From the NCBI GenBank assembly GCA_041640655.1, contig JBEPZV010000005.1:32001-96000 (forward strand): a stretch of 64,000 bases of DNA, read 5' to 3'. The notes under the pieces are model-generated. The model was given only the letters and a program-made list of their open reading frames with translations, had not been told where the DNA came from and searched no databases. This document shows, piece after piece, positions 52,238-62,000 of this stretch. This DNA comes from a bacterium. GTDB lineage: Bacteria; Acidobacteriota; Blastocatellia; HR10. The position numbers were made by a program, and so were the translations under genes. The stretch's first letter is position 1; every line of letters starts with the position of its first letter.

Positions 52238-53683
52238 ATGCATACCGATCGGATATTTCGGCTCAAGATAGGGCTCATCCTCATCACGTTGCTCACCGCC
52301 GCAGGAGCGCTCGCCCTCACCGCCGCGAGAGAGCCAGGACGCGAGCTTCCGTCCCCGAGGCCGTCTCTCGTGCGGGCGTGGCCTTCGCGCGAGCCGTCAC
52401 AAGCCGTGAGCGCGAGCGAACCGTCATCGCGTGATCTGCGCGATCGCGCGCGCGCGGCCGCCGTTCCCTGGACCACGCGAGCGCTCGGCGTGATCGGTGT
52501 CCTCGTCATCCTGGGGATCGCCTTCCTCCTCTCGAACAGCCCACGCGAGGTGAGCATGCGGATTCTCCTCTGGGGGATGGGGCTGCAAATCGCGCTGGCG
52601 CTGCTGATCCTCCGAACCTCTCCGGGACGATGGTTCTTCGATCGGCTCGGCGATCTGATCCGGCGGCTTCTGGCCTTCGCCGTCGAAGGCGCGACGTTCG
52701 TCTTCGGACCCTTGGCCGGGGAGAGTCTGGGCGTCATCTTCGCCTTTCGCGTGCTGCCGACGATCATCTTCGTCTCGTCGTTCTTCTCGATCCTCTACTA
52801 TCTCGGCATCATGCAGCGGATCGTGCTCGGTATGGCTAGGTTCATGACCTGGACGATGAAGGTGAGCGGGGCCGAGAGCTTGGCCGCCGCCGCCAACGTC
52901 TTCATGGGGCAGACGGAGGCGCCGTTGATCATCGCGCCGTATGTCCCTTCGATGACGCGTTCGGAGCTGTTATGCCTGATGCTCGGGGGGATGGCGACGA
53001 TCGCCGGCGGCGTCATGGCCGCGTACATCGGAATGGGGATCAATCCCGTCTATCTGCTGACGGGGAGCGTTATGGCGGCGCCGGGGGCGATCATGATGGC
53101 GAAGATCTTGATCCCGGAGAAGGAGGAGCCGCTCACGCGCGGCGTGGTGCGCATCGAAGTGAAGACCGAAGATCGCAACGTCATTGAGGCTGCCGCGCGG
53201 GGAGCCAGTGACGGCGCGCGCTTGGCCATCAATGTCGCCGCCATGCTCATCGCTTTCATCGCCTTGATCGCCCTGGTGAACGCGATCCTTGGATTTCTGC
53301 ACGCTCGGGTGAGCGTCATTCCACCGAATCTGCAATGGATCCTCGGGCGGATCTTCGCCCCATTGGCGCTGGTCATGGGCGTGCCCATGGCAGACATCAC
53401 GGAGGTGGGGAATCTGCTCGGGCAGAAGCTCATCCTCAACGAGTTCGTCGCCTATACGGAGTTGGCGCGCATTCAGTCGGAGCTGCATCCGCGTTCGGTG
53501 ATGATCGCCACCTACGCTCTCTGCGGATTCGCGAATTTCGCCTCTATCGGCATCCAGATCGGCGGGATCGGAGGGATCGCGCCCAATCGGCGGGGCGATC
53601 TCGCCGAGCTGGGCCTCCGGGCGATGATCGGCGGCTTCCTGACGACGTGCCTGACGGGGACGATCGCCGGGTTGATCAGTTGA
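52238..53683 (+). CDS. CNT/NupC family nucleoside transporter
   Basis: FAFRVLPTIIF, FMGQTEAP, GMATIAG, NEFVAY, YALCGFANF. Confidence 0.93.
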   Translation: MHTDRIFRLKIGLILITLLTAAGALALTAAREPGRELPSPRPSLVRAWPSREPSQAVSASEPSSRDLRDRARAAAVPWTTRALGVIGVLVILGIAFLLSNSPREVSMRILLWGMGLQIALALLILRTSPGRWFFDRLGDLIRRLLAFAVEGATFVFGPLAGESLGVIFAFRVLPTIIFVSSFFSILYYLGIMQRIVLGMARFMTWTMKVSGAESLAAAANVFMGQTEAPLIIAPYVPSMTRSELLCLMLGGMATIAGGVMAAYIGMGINPVYLLTGSVMAAPGAIMMAKILIPEKEEPLTRGVVRIEVKTEDRNVIEAAARGASDGARLAINVAAMLIAFIALIALVNAILGFLHARVSVIPPNLQWILGRIFAPLALVMGVPMADITEVGNLLGQKLILNEFVAYTELARIQSELHPRSVMIATYALCGFANFASIGIQIGGIGGIAPNRRGDLAELGLRAMIGGFLTTCLTGTIAGLIS

Positions 53684-53749
53684 CCGAGTGGGCCGCGATC
53701 ATCTAGCATGAGCAGCGAGAGAGAACGCAGAAGCATTCAAGAGGGGAGG

Positions 53750-54616
53750 ATGACGCCATCGCTCTACGAACGCGTTCAGGAGGCGGTGCGCTTCATTCGA
53801 GCTCGAAGCACCGTCTCGCCAGAGGTCGGTCTGGTGCTGGGTTCGGGACTGGGCGCTGTCGCGGAAAAGCTCGCCGACGTCCTCGTGCTTGCGTATGCAG
53901 AGATCCCGCATTTCCCGCCGGTCACGGTCGCGGGACATCCCGGGCGCCTCTGGCTCGGTCGGTTGGGCACAACGGCGGTCGCCGTCTTGCAAGGGCGGTT
54001 TCACTACTACGAGGGATACTCGATGGAGGAGGTGACGTTCCCCGTTCGCGTGCTCGGCGCGCTCGGCGTGCGAGAGCTGATTGTGACGAACGCGGCCGGG
54101 GGGATCAATCTTCGACTGCGCCCCGGCTCGCTCATGCTCATCGCCGATCATCTCAACCTGATGGGGGTGAATCCGCTGCGCGGGCCGAACGAGGAACGCT
54201 TCGGGCCGCGGTTCCCCGATATGACCGCCGTCTATTCCCCACGGCTTCGAGCGCTTGCGCGTGAGGTGGCGCGCGAGATGGGCCTGACGCCGGAGGAGGG
54301 GGTCTATGCGGCCGTGAGCGGGCCGAGCTATGAGACGCCGGCCGAAGTCCGTATGCTGCGACAGCTGGGAGCGGATGCGGTCGGGATGTCCACCGTCCCC
54401 GAGGCGATCGTAGCGCGGCACATGGGGATGGAGGTACTCGGTATCTCCGTGATCGCCAATATGGCTGCCGGCATTGCCGACCGCCCGCTCCGTCACGAGG
54501 AGGTGCTGGAGGCCGCGGCGCGCGCAGCAGAGCTCCTCGCCGAATGGCTCGCTCGGCTCATCCCGCGCGTGCGCGCCCACGGCATTTCAGAGAGTAGCGG
54601 AGAAGGACCCGTATGA
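53750..54616 (+). CDS. punA: Purine-nucleoside phosphorylase (trimeric type)
   Basis: VLGSGLG, GRFHYYEG, TNAAGG, GPSYETPAE, VGMSTVPE. Confidence 0.93.
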   Translation: MTPSLYERVQEAVRFIRARSTVSPEVGLVLGSGLGAVAEKLADVLVLAYAEIPHFPPVTVAGHPGRLWLGRLGTTAVAVLQGRFHYYEGYSMEEVTFPVRVLGALGVRELIVTNAAGGINLRLRPGSLMLIADHLNLMGVNPLRGPNEERFGPRFPDMTAVYSPRLRALAREVAREMGLTPEEGVYAAVSGPSYETPAEVRMLRQLGADAVGMSTVPEAIVARHMGMEVLGISVIANMAAGIADRPLRHEEVLEAAARAAELLAEWLARLIPRVRAHGISESSGEGPV

Positions 54617-55281
54617 CCGACGTCCGCCGTCCACCATCGCGCGTCATGATCATCGGCATTTGTGGGGGGACCGGATCGGGCAAGACGACCGTCGCCCAGA
54701 AGATCCTGGAGGCCGTCGGCGCGGATCGCGTCGTCTATCTCCAGCAGGATGCATACTACAAGGACTTGAGCCATGTGCCTCTGGAGGTGCGTCATACGCG
54801 CAATTTCGATCATCCCGATGCCATCGACACGGACCTGCTCATCCAGCACATCGAGGAGTTGCGGGCGGGGCGGGCCATCGAGCAGCCGGTCTACGATTTC
54901 ACGACGCACACACGCCGACCGGAGACCCGGCACGTGGAGCCTCGACCGATCATCCTCGTCGAGGGCATCCTCGTCTTCGAGAATCCGCGGCTGCGCGCGC
55001 TCATGGATTTGAAGATCTTCGTGGACACGGCCGACGACATTCGCTTCATTCGTCGTCTCATTCGCGACGTCTCCGAGCGCGGCCGGACGGTCGAATCCGT
55101 GATCGCGCAGTATCTGGAGACCGTGCGCCCGATGCATCTGGAATTCGTCGAGCCGAGCAAGCGGTATGCGGACATCATCATCCCCGAGGGGGGGTATAAC
55201 GTGGTGGGCATTGACCTCATCATTGAGAAGATTAAGGCGTATTTAGCCGAGGTCGAGCGAGCGGAGGGAGCCGCACGATGA
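54613..55281 (+). CDS. udk: Uridine kinase
   Basis: GGTGSGKTT, QDAYY, NFDHPDA, RDVSERGR, EPSKRYAD. Confidence 0.95.
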   Translation: MTDVRRPPSRVMIIGICGGTGSGKTTVAQKILEAVGADRVVYLQQDAYYKDLSHVPLEVRHTRNFDHPDAIDTDLLIQHIEELRAGRAIEQPVYDFTTHTRRPETRHVEPRPIILVEGILVFENPRLRALMDLKIFVDTADDIRFIRRLIRDVSERGRTVESVIAQYLETVRPMHLEFVEPSKRYADIIIPEGGYNVVGIDLIIEKIKAYLAEVERAEGAAR

Positions 55282-55667
55282 CGGATGCCGAATTGATCGA
55301 GCGCGCGACGGCCGCGCGCGCCCTCGCCTATGCGCCGTATTCGGAATTCGCCGTGGGCGCAGCCGTGCTCACGGCCGATGGGCGCGTCTTCACCGGATGC
55401 AACATTGAGAACGCGAGCTACGGATTGACCATATGCGCCGAGCGCGTCGCGCTCTTCAAAGCGATCTCCGAAGGCGCGCGCGCGTTTCACCGCCTCGCCG
55501 TCGTCGCCAATGCGGAGGCCCTGGTCTTCCCCTGCGGCGCCTGTCGCCAGGTGCTGTGGGAGTTCGCGCCGGATCTCATCGTCATCTCGGCCAACCTCAA
55601 GGGCCAGATGCGCGCGCGACCGCTTCGGGACTTGCTCCCGGAGCCGTTCGATGCGCGCATGTTCTGA
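55278..55667 (+). CDS. cdd: Cytidine deaminase
   Basis: AYAPYS, GCNIENASY, CAER, PCGACRQ. Confidence 0.95.
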   Translation: MTDAELIERATAARALAYAPYSEFAVGAAVLTADGRVFTGCNIENASYGLTICAERVALFKAISEGARAFHRLAVVANAEALVFPCGACRQVLWEFAPDLIVISANLKGQMRARPLRDLLPEPFDARMF

Positions 55668-55698
55668 GTTCGGTGGCGCCTGTGGTGATCCCGCGCGC

Positions 55699-56346
55699 TC
55701 ACGGCGAGTCGGCCGATTCGGCGCGCTCGCGCGCTGCGGTGTCGGCGACCGTCACGACGACGCGCGCCGGACGCAGGATGTGATCCCCCCACCGATACCC
55801 CTTTCGGACTTCGCGCACGATCGTCTGCTCCTCGTGCTCGCGACTGGGGATGGCTTCCACCGCCTCATGCAGCGCGGGATCGAACTTTCGGCCGAGGCTC
55901 TCATAGGGGCGAACGCCGCAGGCGTCCAGCAGGCGCACGAGCTGACGATGAATGAGGTGCAGCGCTTCGTCGGTCGCCGACTCCATCGGCTCCGTTCGCG
56001 CGCGCTCCCGCTGCAAGCCCAGGACTTGCTCGAAGGCGTCCAACACCTGCAAGACCTCCAGCAGGACCTTGCGCACCCCCTCGCGCACGCGCTCGCTCAA
56101 CTCGCGCTCGATGCGCTTGCGATAGTTGTCGAAGTCGGCCAGTGCCCGCAAATAGCGCCGGTGCTCGGCCGCCAGTTCTCTTCGCAGCTGTTCGACCTCG
56201 GCCGTCAGGTGCGCCAACGCCGAGGAGCCGTGCGCGGATTCCTCGGGATGCCTCGGGGCGAGTTCCCATTGGCGCTCCGCCGAAGGCCTCTCCTCTCGCT
56301 CGATCATGAGCGCTTCTCCCGATGTCGAGATCTCGGACCGAGGCAT
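55699..56346 (-). CDS. grpE: Nucleotide exchange factor GrpE
   Basis: LRALADFDNYRKR, FDPALHEAV, KGY...LRPARVVV. The start may be further downstream. Confidence 0.9.
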   Translation of the reverse strand: MPRSEISTSGEALMIEREERPSAERQWELAPRHPEESAHGSSALAHLTAEVEQLRRELAAEHRRYLRALADFDNYRKRIERELSERVREGVRKVLLEVLQVLDAFEQVLGLQRERARTEPMESATDEALHLIHRQLVRLLDACGVRPYESLGRKFDPALHEAVEAIPSREHEEQTIVREVRKGYRWGDHILRPARVVVTVADTAARERAESADSP

Positions 56347-56355
56347 TCGGCCCGC

Positions 56356-56799
56356 TCACCGCACTTTGATCTCCACCTGTCGCGGCTTGGCTTCCGGCTT
56401 CTTGGGGATCACGATCCGCAGCACACCATCGCGATATTCGGCGCTGATGTTCTCGAGATCCATGTTGGGCGAGAGCGTGAAGCTGCGACTGAAGCGCCCA
56501 TAGGGGCGTTCCACGCGATGGTAGCTCTCGGGCCGATCTTCATGCTCCAAACGACGTTCTCCGCTCACGGTCAGGACATTCTTCTCCACGCTCACCTGAA
56601 CCTCATCCTTGTTGATGCCCGGCAGATCGAACAGCAGCTCCATGCCCTCGGTATTCTCGTAGATGTCCACGGCCGGGGTCCATCCTCCGGCCACCTCTTC
56701 CTCCGGGCGCGTGCGGAAGACTTCGCGGAAGAGCCGATTGATCTCCTCTTGCAGATTCATCAGCTCGCGGAATGGGTCACCGCGTCGAATGCGCATCAT
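56356..56799 (-). CDS. Hsp20/alpha-crystallin small heat shock protein
   Basis: WTPAVDIYE, DLPG, VSGER, ERPYGRFSRSF, AEYRDGVL; AAGGAGG RBS. Confidence 0.95.
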   Translation of the reverse strand: MMRIRRGDPFRELMNLQEEINRLFREVFRTRPEEEVAGGWTPAVDIYENTEGMELLFDLPGINKDEVQVSVEKNVLTVSGERRLEHEDRPESYHRVERPYGRFSRSFTLSPNMDLENISAEYRDGVLRIVIPKKPEAKPRQVEIKVR

Positions 56800-56903
56800 C
56801 GCATCAGCCTCCTTCATGAAATTCTCACCCTCCCCTTGTGAAACCTCGCTCCGCTCGCTCACGAAATGCGTGGCACTTCGTGAGGGCTTCCGCCATGAAG
56901 CTA

Positions 56904-56919
56904 AGCAAACGGCGTGCCG
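56904..56919 (-). promoter_or_regulatory. Sigma-54 (-24/-12) promoter for Hsp20-grpE
   Basis: Minus strand CGGCACG-CCGT-TTGCT (GG-N10-GC). Confidence 0.7.
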
Positions 56920-57129
56920 TCAAGCAAGCCTTCTCCCGGTGTGGACGAAGGGAGGCCCCGGTGAGATTTCACGAGGCCGCTCCTTCCCCGTGAGGTGTCT
57001 CCTGTGGCGATGTGGTCGGGACGTGAAGCACCAACTCGCCACGCCGCTACTGGGAGGCGGAGGTCGCCTTCGCGCGCGTTCTCCTGGAGGCTCGAGGACC
57101 ATTCGCCAGCGGAGGTTGGAGGCGGCCTT

Positions 57130-57145
57130 TGGCACACCGCTTGCA
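57130..57145 (+). promoter_or_regulatory. Sigma-54 promoter for the MreB-like gene
   Basis: TGGCAC-ACCGC-TTGCA, 50 nt upstream of the ATG. Confidence 0.75.
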
Positions 57146-57194
57146 TCTAAGTGTCGGTAGGGTCCTCGCGAGGGGACTCGGGAGGAAAGCGACT

Positions 57195-58268
57195 ATGGGT
57201 GTCTTCCGCCGCCTCTTTGTGGACCGCGTGGCCGTGGATCTGGGGACGGTCACGACCCTCATCTACTCCTCGCGACGGGGTCTGGTGCTGCATGAACCTT
57301 CGGCCGTCGCCGTGAATCGTTTCACCGGGGAGATCATCGCCATCGGGCACAACGCCTTGGAGATGCTCGGACGAGAGCCCTACGACGTGGAGATCCATCG
57401 CCCGCTGCGTCATGGAACGATCGCCGATCTGGATTTGGCCGAACGCATGCTGAAGCACTTCCTGGAGCCCATTTGCCGGAACCGCCTCCGTCGGATTCAC
57501 CTGATGGCGACGATCCCCGGATCGGCCACCGATGCTGAGCGCAATGCCTTGATCGAAGCCGCGCGCGAGGCCGGCGCCCATCGTGTGGATCTGGTCGAGG
57601 AGGGGTTGGCGGCTGCTTTCGGCGCCGATGCGATCGCTCCCGATGGATCAGCGCGCATGATCGTGGACATCGGGGGAGGAACGACGACGATCAGTATCGT
57701 TTCCCGGCATGGCCTGATCGCTTCTGAGACTCTTCAGGTCGCCGGAAATGATATGACCGACGCGATCCGCGAGTACATGCAGAAGCATTACGATCTCGTG
57801 ATCGGCGAGCGGACGGCCGAGTGGGTCAAGATCGAGATCGGTTCGGCTCTGCCCGAAGGAAACGGTCGCGCGGTCACGGTCTATGGGAAGTCGGTCTTGG
57901 GAGGGGGGGCCGAAGGCGTTCCGCTTCAGAGTCATGAGGTCGCTCACGCGCTCGAGCCGGTTCTGCGCGTCATCCGGGATGGCATTCAACGGGTCCTGGA
58001 ACAAGCGCCGCCGGACGCGGCGCACGATGTGTGTCAGAGCGGGATCGTGTTGAGTGGAGGGGGATCGCTCCTGCACGGGCTGGATCAGTGGCTCAGCGAC
58101 CAGTTGCAATTGACCGTCATTCGCGCCGAACGCCCCATCGAGGCGGTAGTCCTCGGAGCTGCCCGCTTGCTCGAAAATCCCGACCTGTACCGACAGTTGC
58201 GCGTAGTCGAACGCATGTCCTACTGGTCGGAGCTCTACGAGGAAGCCCTGCACTCCCTCGAAGCGTGA
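57195..58268 (+). CDS. MreB/Mbl-like actin homolog (divergent, stand-alone paralog)
   Basis: VDLGT, EPSAVA, RPLRHGTIAD, EEGLAAA, VDIGGGTT, IGERTAEWVK, SGGGSLL; GGAGG RBS. Confidence 0.85.
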   Translation: MGVFRRLFVDRVAVDLGTVTTLIYSSRRGLVLHEPSAVAVNRFTGEIIAIGHNALEMLGREPYDVEIHRPLRHGTIADLDLAERMLKHFLEPICRNRLRRIHLMATIPGSATDAERNALIEAAREAGAHRVDLVEEGLAAAFGADAIAPDGSARMIVDIGGGTTTISIVSRHGLIASETLQVAGNDMTDAIREYMQKHYDLVIGERTAEWVKIEIGSALPEGNGRAVTVYGKSVLGGGAEGVPLQSHEVAHALEPVLRVIRDGIQRVLEQAPPDAAHDVCQSGIVLSGGGSLLHGLDQWLSDQLQLTVIRAERPIEAVVLGAARLLENPDLYRQLRVVERMSYWSELYEEALHSLEA

Positions 58269-58397
58269 CATCTTCGCCACAAAGGGACTCGCAGGTTCGC
58301 CACAGCACCGGAGGACGCGGGGGCTTGGCTCCCCATGAGGTGGACGAAACGTCTCGAAGGCAACGTCGTTTTGGAACGGAGGGCGAGAAGCTCCATC

Positions 58398-58413
58398 CGG
58401 TACGGGATTTGCT
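58398..58413 (+). promoter_or_regulatory. Putative sigma-54 promoter for the small secreted protein
   Basis: CGGTACG-GGAT-TTGCT (GG-N10-GC), about 52 nt upstream of the ATG. Confidence 0.6.
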
Positions 58414-58465
58414 TCATGACCCGTTGGCCGAACAACGGCGACTCTTGTGAAGAGGAGGTGGGACG

Positions 58466-58825
58466 ATGATGAGACGAGCGCTGAGCCTTTTGGCGATCAT
58501 CATGATCGCCCTCGGAGCAGTCGCCTGGGCTGCCCAGAAAGAGCAGCGTCGTCAGGTCACGTTCACGGAGGATGTCCTCGTCGGCGGTCAGCTGCTCAAG
58601 AAGGGGACGTACACGGTCGTCTATCAACCGGGTGTGGAGGGACAGGCGACGTTCATGCGAGGGGGAAAGACAGTCGCGCAGGTGCCGTATAAGCTTGTGC
58701 GCTTGACGCAGAAGGCGACGACAGATTCGATCACGTATCGGCGGACGGGGCCACAACCCGTCCTCACGCGGCTGACCTTCGCCGGGCAGCTTGAGGCGCT
58801 CGAGTTCGAGGGCGGTCAAGAATAA
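58466..58825 (+). CDS. Small secreted beta-rich hypothetical protein
   Basis: GGAGGT RBS; signal peptide ending AWA; VLVGGQLLKKGTYTV pattern. Confidence 0.75.
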   Translation: MMRRALSLLAIIMIALGAVAWAAQKEQRRQVTFTEDVLVGGQLLKKGTYTVVYQPGVEGQATFMRGGKTVAQVPYKLVRLTQKATTDSITYRRTGPQPVLTRLTFAGQLEALEFEGGQE

Positions 58826-58838
58826 TCGCATGTCAGAC

Positions 58839-58887
58839 GCCGGGTCCCTGTGCCGGTTCGCCCGAGCTGGCCGGACCCGGCTTTTTT
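58839..58887 (+). terminator. Rho-independent terminator
   Basis: GCCGGGTCC...GGACCCGGC stem followed by TTTTTT. Confidence 0.75.
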
Positions 58888-58959
58888 CTCTATGGGCCTG
58901 ATGCTCTCCGCTTCAAAAGCCCCCTCCTACGTTTGGAGTCCCACGATACAAGCCAGAGC

Positions 58960-58988
58960 TTGACAGAGGTGCAGGCCATCTTTAGAAT
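58960..58988 (+). promoter_or_regulatory. Sigma70 promoter for the large secreted protein
   Basis: TTGACA-N17-TAGAAT. Confidence 0.75.
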
Positions 58989-59036
58989 CAGAGCCGCATT
59001 GCGTGGGGTTTCAAATCGGATGAGGAGGGAGGAAAC

Positions 59037-62000
59037 ATGCGCGCGGTCGGCTCGTGGCGGGTTCGATCCCTCGGCGTCGTGATTCTCGCCCTGTTTGCGA
59101 TCTTCTCCGCTCTCATCGTCCACCACATTGGGGCGTCGTCCCAATCTCGGGAGAGATGGCCGAGTCACATCGGTATCCTCGCTCAAGGGCGCGGGGGACC
59201 GGAGTTGACGGTACAGAACGGGCGGAATCTTCCCGAGGATCCTCCGGGCGGAGGGGGACGCTTCGGGGCATCATGGCCGACCAGACTGGCTCGTGGTGAC
59301 TTCAATGGCGATGGCTTTCAGGACCTGCTCATCAGCTATGCCCGCGTGGGTGGAGGAGAGTTGGTGCTTCGGTTGGGGAACGGGCAAGGGGACTTCACGA
59401 CGCCACTGCGGATCCCGCTGACCGGACAAGAGCCGTCGGCGCTACTGGTCGAGGATTTCAACCAGGATGGTCTCCCGGATGTCGCCGTCGGATATACGGA
59501 TCAGTTGGAGGTCTCGATCTATCTGGGGACGGGCCGCGGGACGTTCCAATGGGCGGAAGACGTGCGTCTTGGTCTGGCGGTGAGTGGGCTCGCTTCAGGG
59601 GATTTCAATGGTGACGGAGTGCCGGACCTTTTGGTCTCTTCTTCAGATGCTCCTTTCTTGGGCCTGCTGCTCAATGATGGGCGAGGGGGATTCCAGCCCT
59701 CGCGGTTCTTCTCGCTGAGTGCAGACGGCTCGGTCTTCGCGCTGGGGGATATTCGGGTTGCGGACATGGATGCTGATGGGCGATTGGACGCGATCGTGCT
59801 CTATCGCGGGGAGACGCCTGGGGTGGCTGTCCTCTACGGGATGGGCGAGGGGAAGTTCGCCTATCCGCAGCTTCTGCCGGTCGGCGTTGCTCCGGAAGGT
59901 TTGACTGTGGGTGACTTCGATCAGGATGCGCGGATGGACATCGCGGTGACGGATGCCGCCGGCGGCAGCGTCTTCGTGCTGCGCGGAGCAGGAGACCGAT
60001 CCTTCTCCTCTCCCGTGAGCTTTCACGCGGGGACGTGGCCCGTGCAACTCGCGATCGCGAATCTGAATAACGATGGGTATCCCGATCTGGCCGTCGTTGA
60101 TCGCGGGAGCAATCGCATCGTGATCTTGTTGGGGAACGCTCGCGGAGCCTTCGATCGTTCCGTGAGCTATGATGTGGATGGTCCCCCGGTCGCGATTGTA
60201 GCCGGGCGATTCCGCCACGTGGCGCTTGATGACCTGGTCGTCGCCAAACAGAGCGGGGCGACCGTCGCCATCGCCCTCAATGCGCCGCCGACGATCGTCG
60301 TCACGACGACCGCCGATGAGGTCCGACAAGATGGGCGCGTGAGCTTGCGCGAGGCGATCCTGGCGGCCAATGGGAATCCGCCGAATTCAGACGTCCCATC
60401 GGGACGAGGGAATGCTCCGGACGTGATCGGCTTCGATCTGCCGGAGGCGGAGAAATCCGGAGGGGTCTTCGTCATCCGCGTGAGCGCGCAGCGTGGTCCT
60501 CTTCCACCGCTCACTGATGGCGGTACGACCATTGATGGGACGATGCAACGAGGATTCGCGGGCACACCACTCATTGTGCTGGACGGCTCAGAAGCGGGGA
60601 GTGTGGATGGGCTGACGATCGCGTCGAGCCTGAACGTCGTGCGCGGATTGGTCATCAGCCGATTCGGTGGTCATGGGGTGCGGATCGTCGGCAGTGATGC
60701 ACCGGTCACGGGGAACATCATCGCCGGCTGTTACATCGGCACGGATGCCTCTGGACAACAGGCGTGGGGCAACGGGCTGGCCGGTGTTCAGCTCTTCGGC
60801 GATGGTGTGAGCAATACGCTCATTGGGGGAACGGCGGCAGCCGATCGGAACGTCATCTCCGGCAATGGCGGCGATGGGATCGAAGTGCGGGGACTCGCTC
60901 GGAATACACAAATCGTGGGGAACTACATCGGCGTCGCTGCTGATGGGCGGACGCCTCTGCCCAATGGCGGCAGTGGCATCTTCATTGCCGGAGCCGATAA
61001 TGTGACCGTGGGCGGAACGGCGAGCGGAGCTGGGAACGTGATCTCGGGGAATCTCCGTCATGGCCTCCAGGCGCGCGGGAGCACGGGGCTGCGCATTCAG
61101 GGGAACTTCATCGGTGTGGAGGCGCGCGGCGCATCGGCCGTGAAGAACGGCGGAGACGGGATCTCTCTGGTGGAGGTCATCAACGCGCAGATCGGCGGCG
61201 TCTCCTCCTCGGCGCGAAATGTGATCGCCGGGAACGATGGGCATGGGGTGATGCTCCTCCGCAGCTCGGCCAATAAGGTTCAGGGGAACTACATCGGTGT
61301 GGACGCCGAGGGGCGTCAAGCGCTCGGCAACGGCGGGGCGGGCATTCAGGTGGATCTCAACTCGCCGAACAATCTCATTGGCGGCATCGTCGAAGGGGCG
61401 GGCAACGTCATCTCCGGAAATCGCGGGAGCGGGATCTTCATCGCGCCGAGTTCGCTGGGGGCGCAGATCTTCGGGAATCGCATCGGCGTGAACGCGACCG
61501 GGCGGGCGGCGCTCGGCAATGGCGGGGATGGGATCACGGTCAATGGTGGAGGGAATCATCAGATCGGAGGCGATGACAGCATCGCGCGCAACGTCATCGG
61601 GGGTAATGCCGGCGAGGGGGTGCGGCTGCTCAACGCCGTGGATACTCGCCTCGTGGGGAACGTCATCGGGGTGGATGCGGGAGGCACGATCCCGTTGCCT
61701 AACGGTGGGAGTGGCGTGTTGATCCTCTCCACGGAAGGCTCGGCATCTCGAAATGCCGTGCTTCGAAACGTGATCGCCTATAATCGCGGGGCTGGCGTGC
61801 GCATCCTCGGTTCGGGAAGCGGCAATCGCCTCTCCCAAAATTCCTTCTTCCAGAATGAGGGCTTGGGCATTGACCGAGGGGGACAAGGGATCGTCCCTCA
61901 GATCACAGCGGTCACGGAGAACGGTGATGGCACGGTGACGGTGAGAGGGACGTTCCCGGCGCCTGCTCCCGCGGGAGCCGTCATCGAGGTCTATTTAGCT

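Noticed and set aside
56865..56900. CIRCE element upstream of Hsp20
   Set aside because: Only a TGGCACT half-like match; the second arm at 9-nt spacing is absent.
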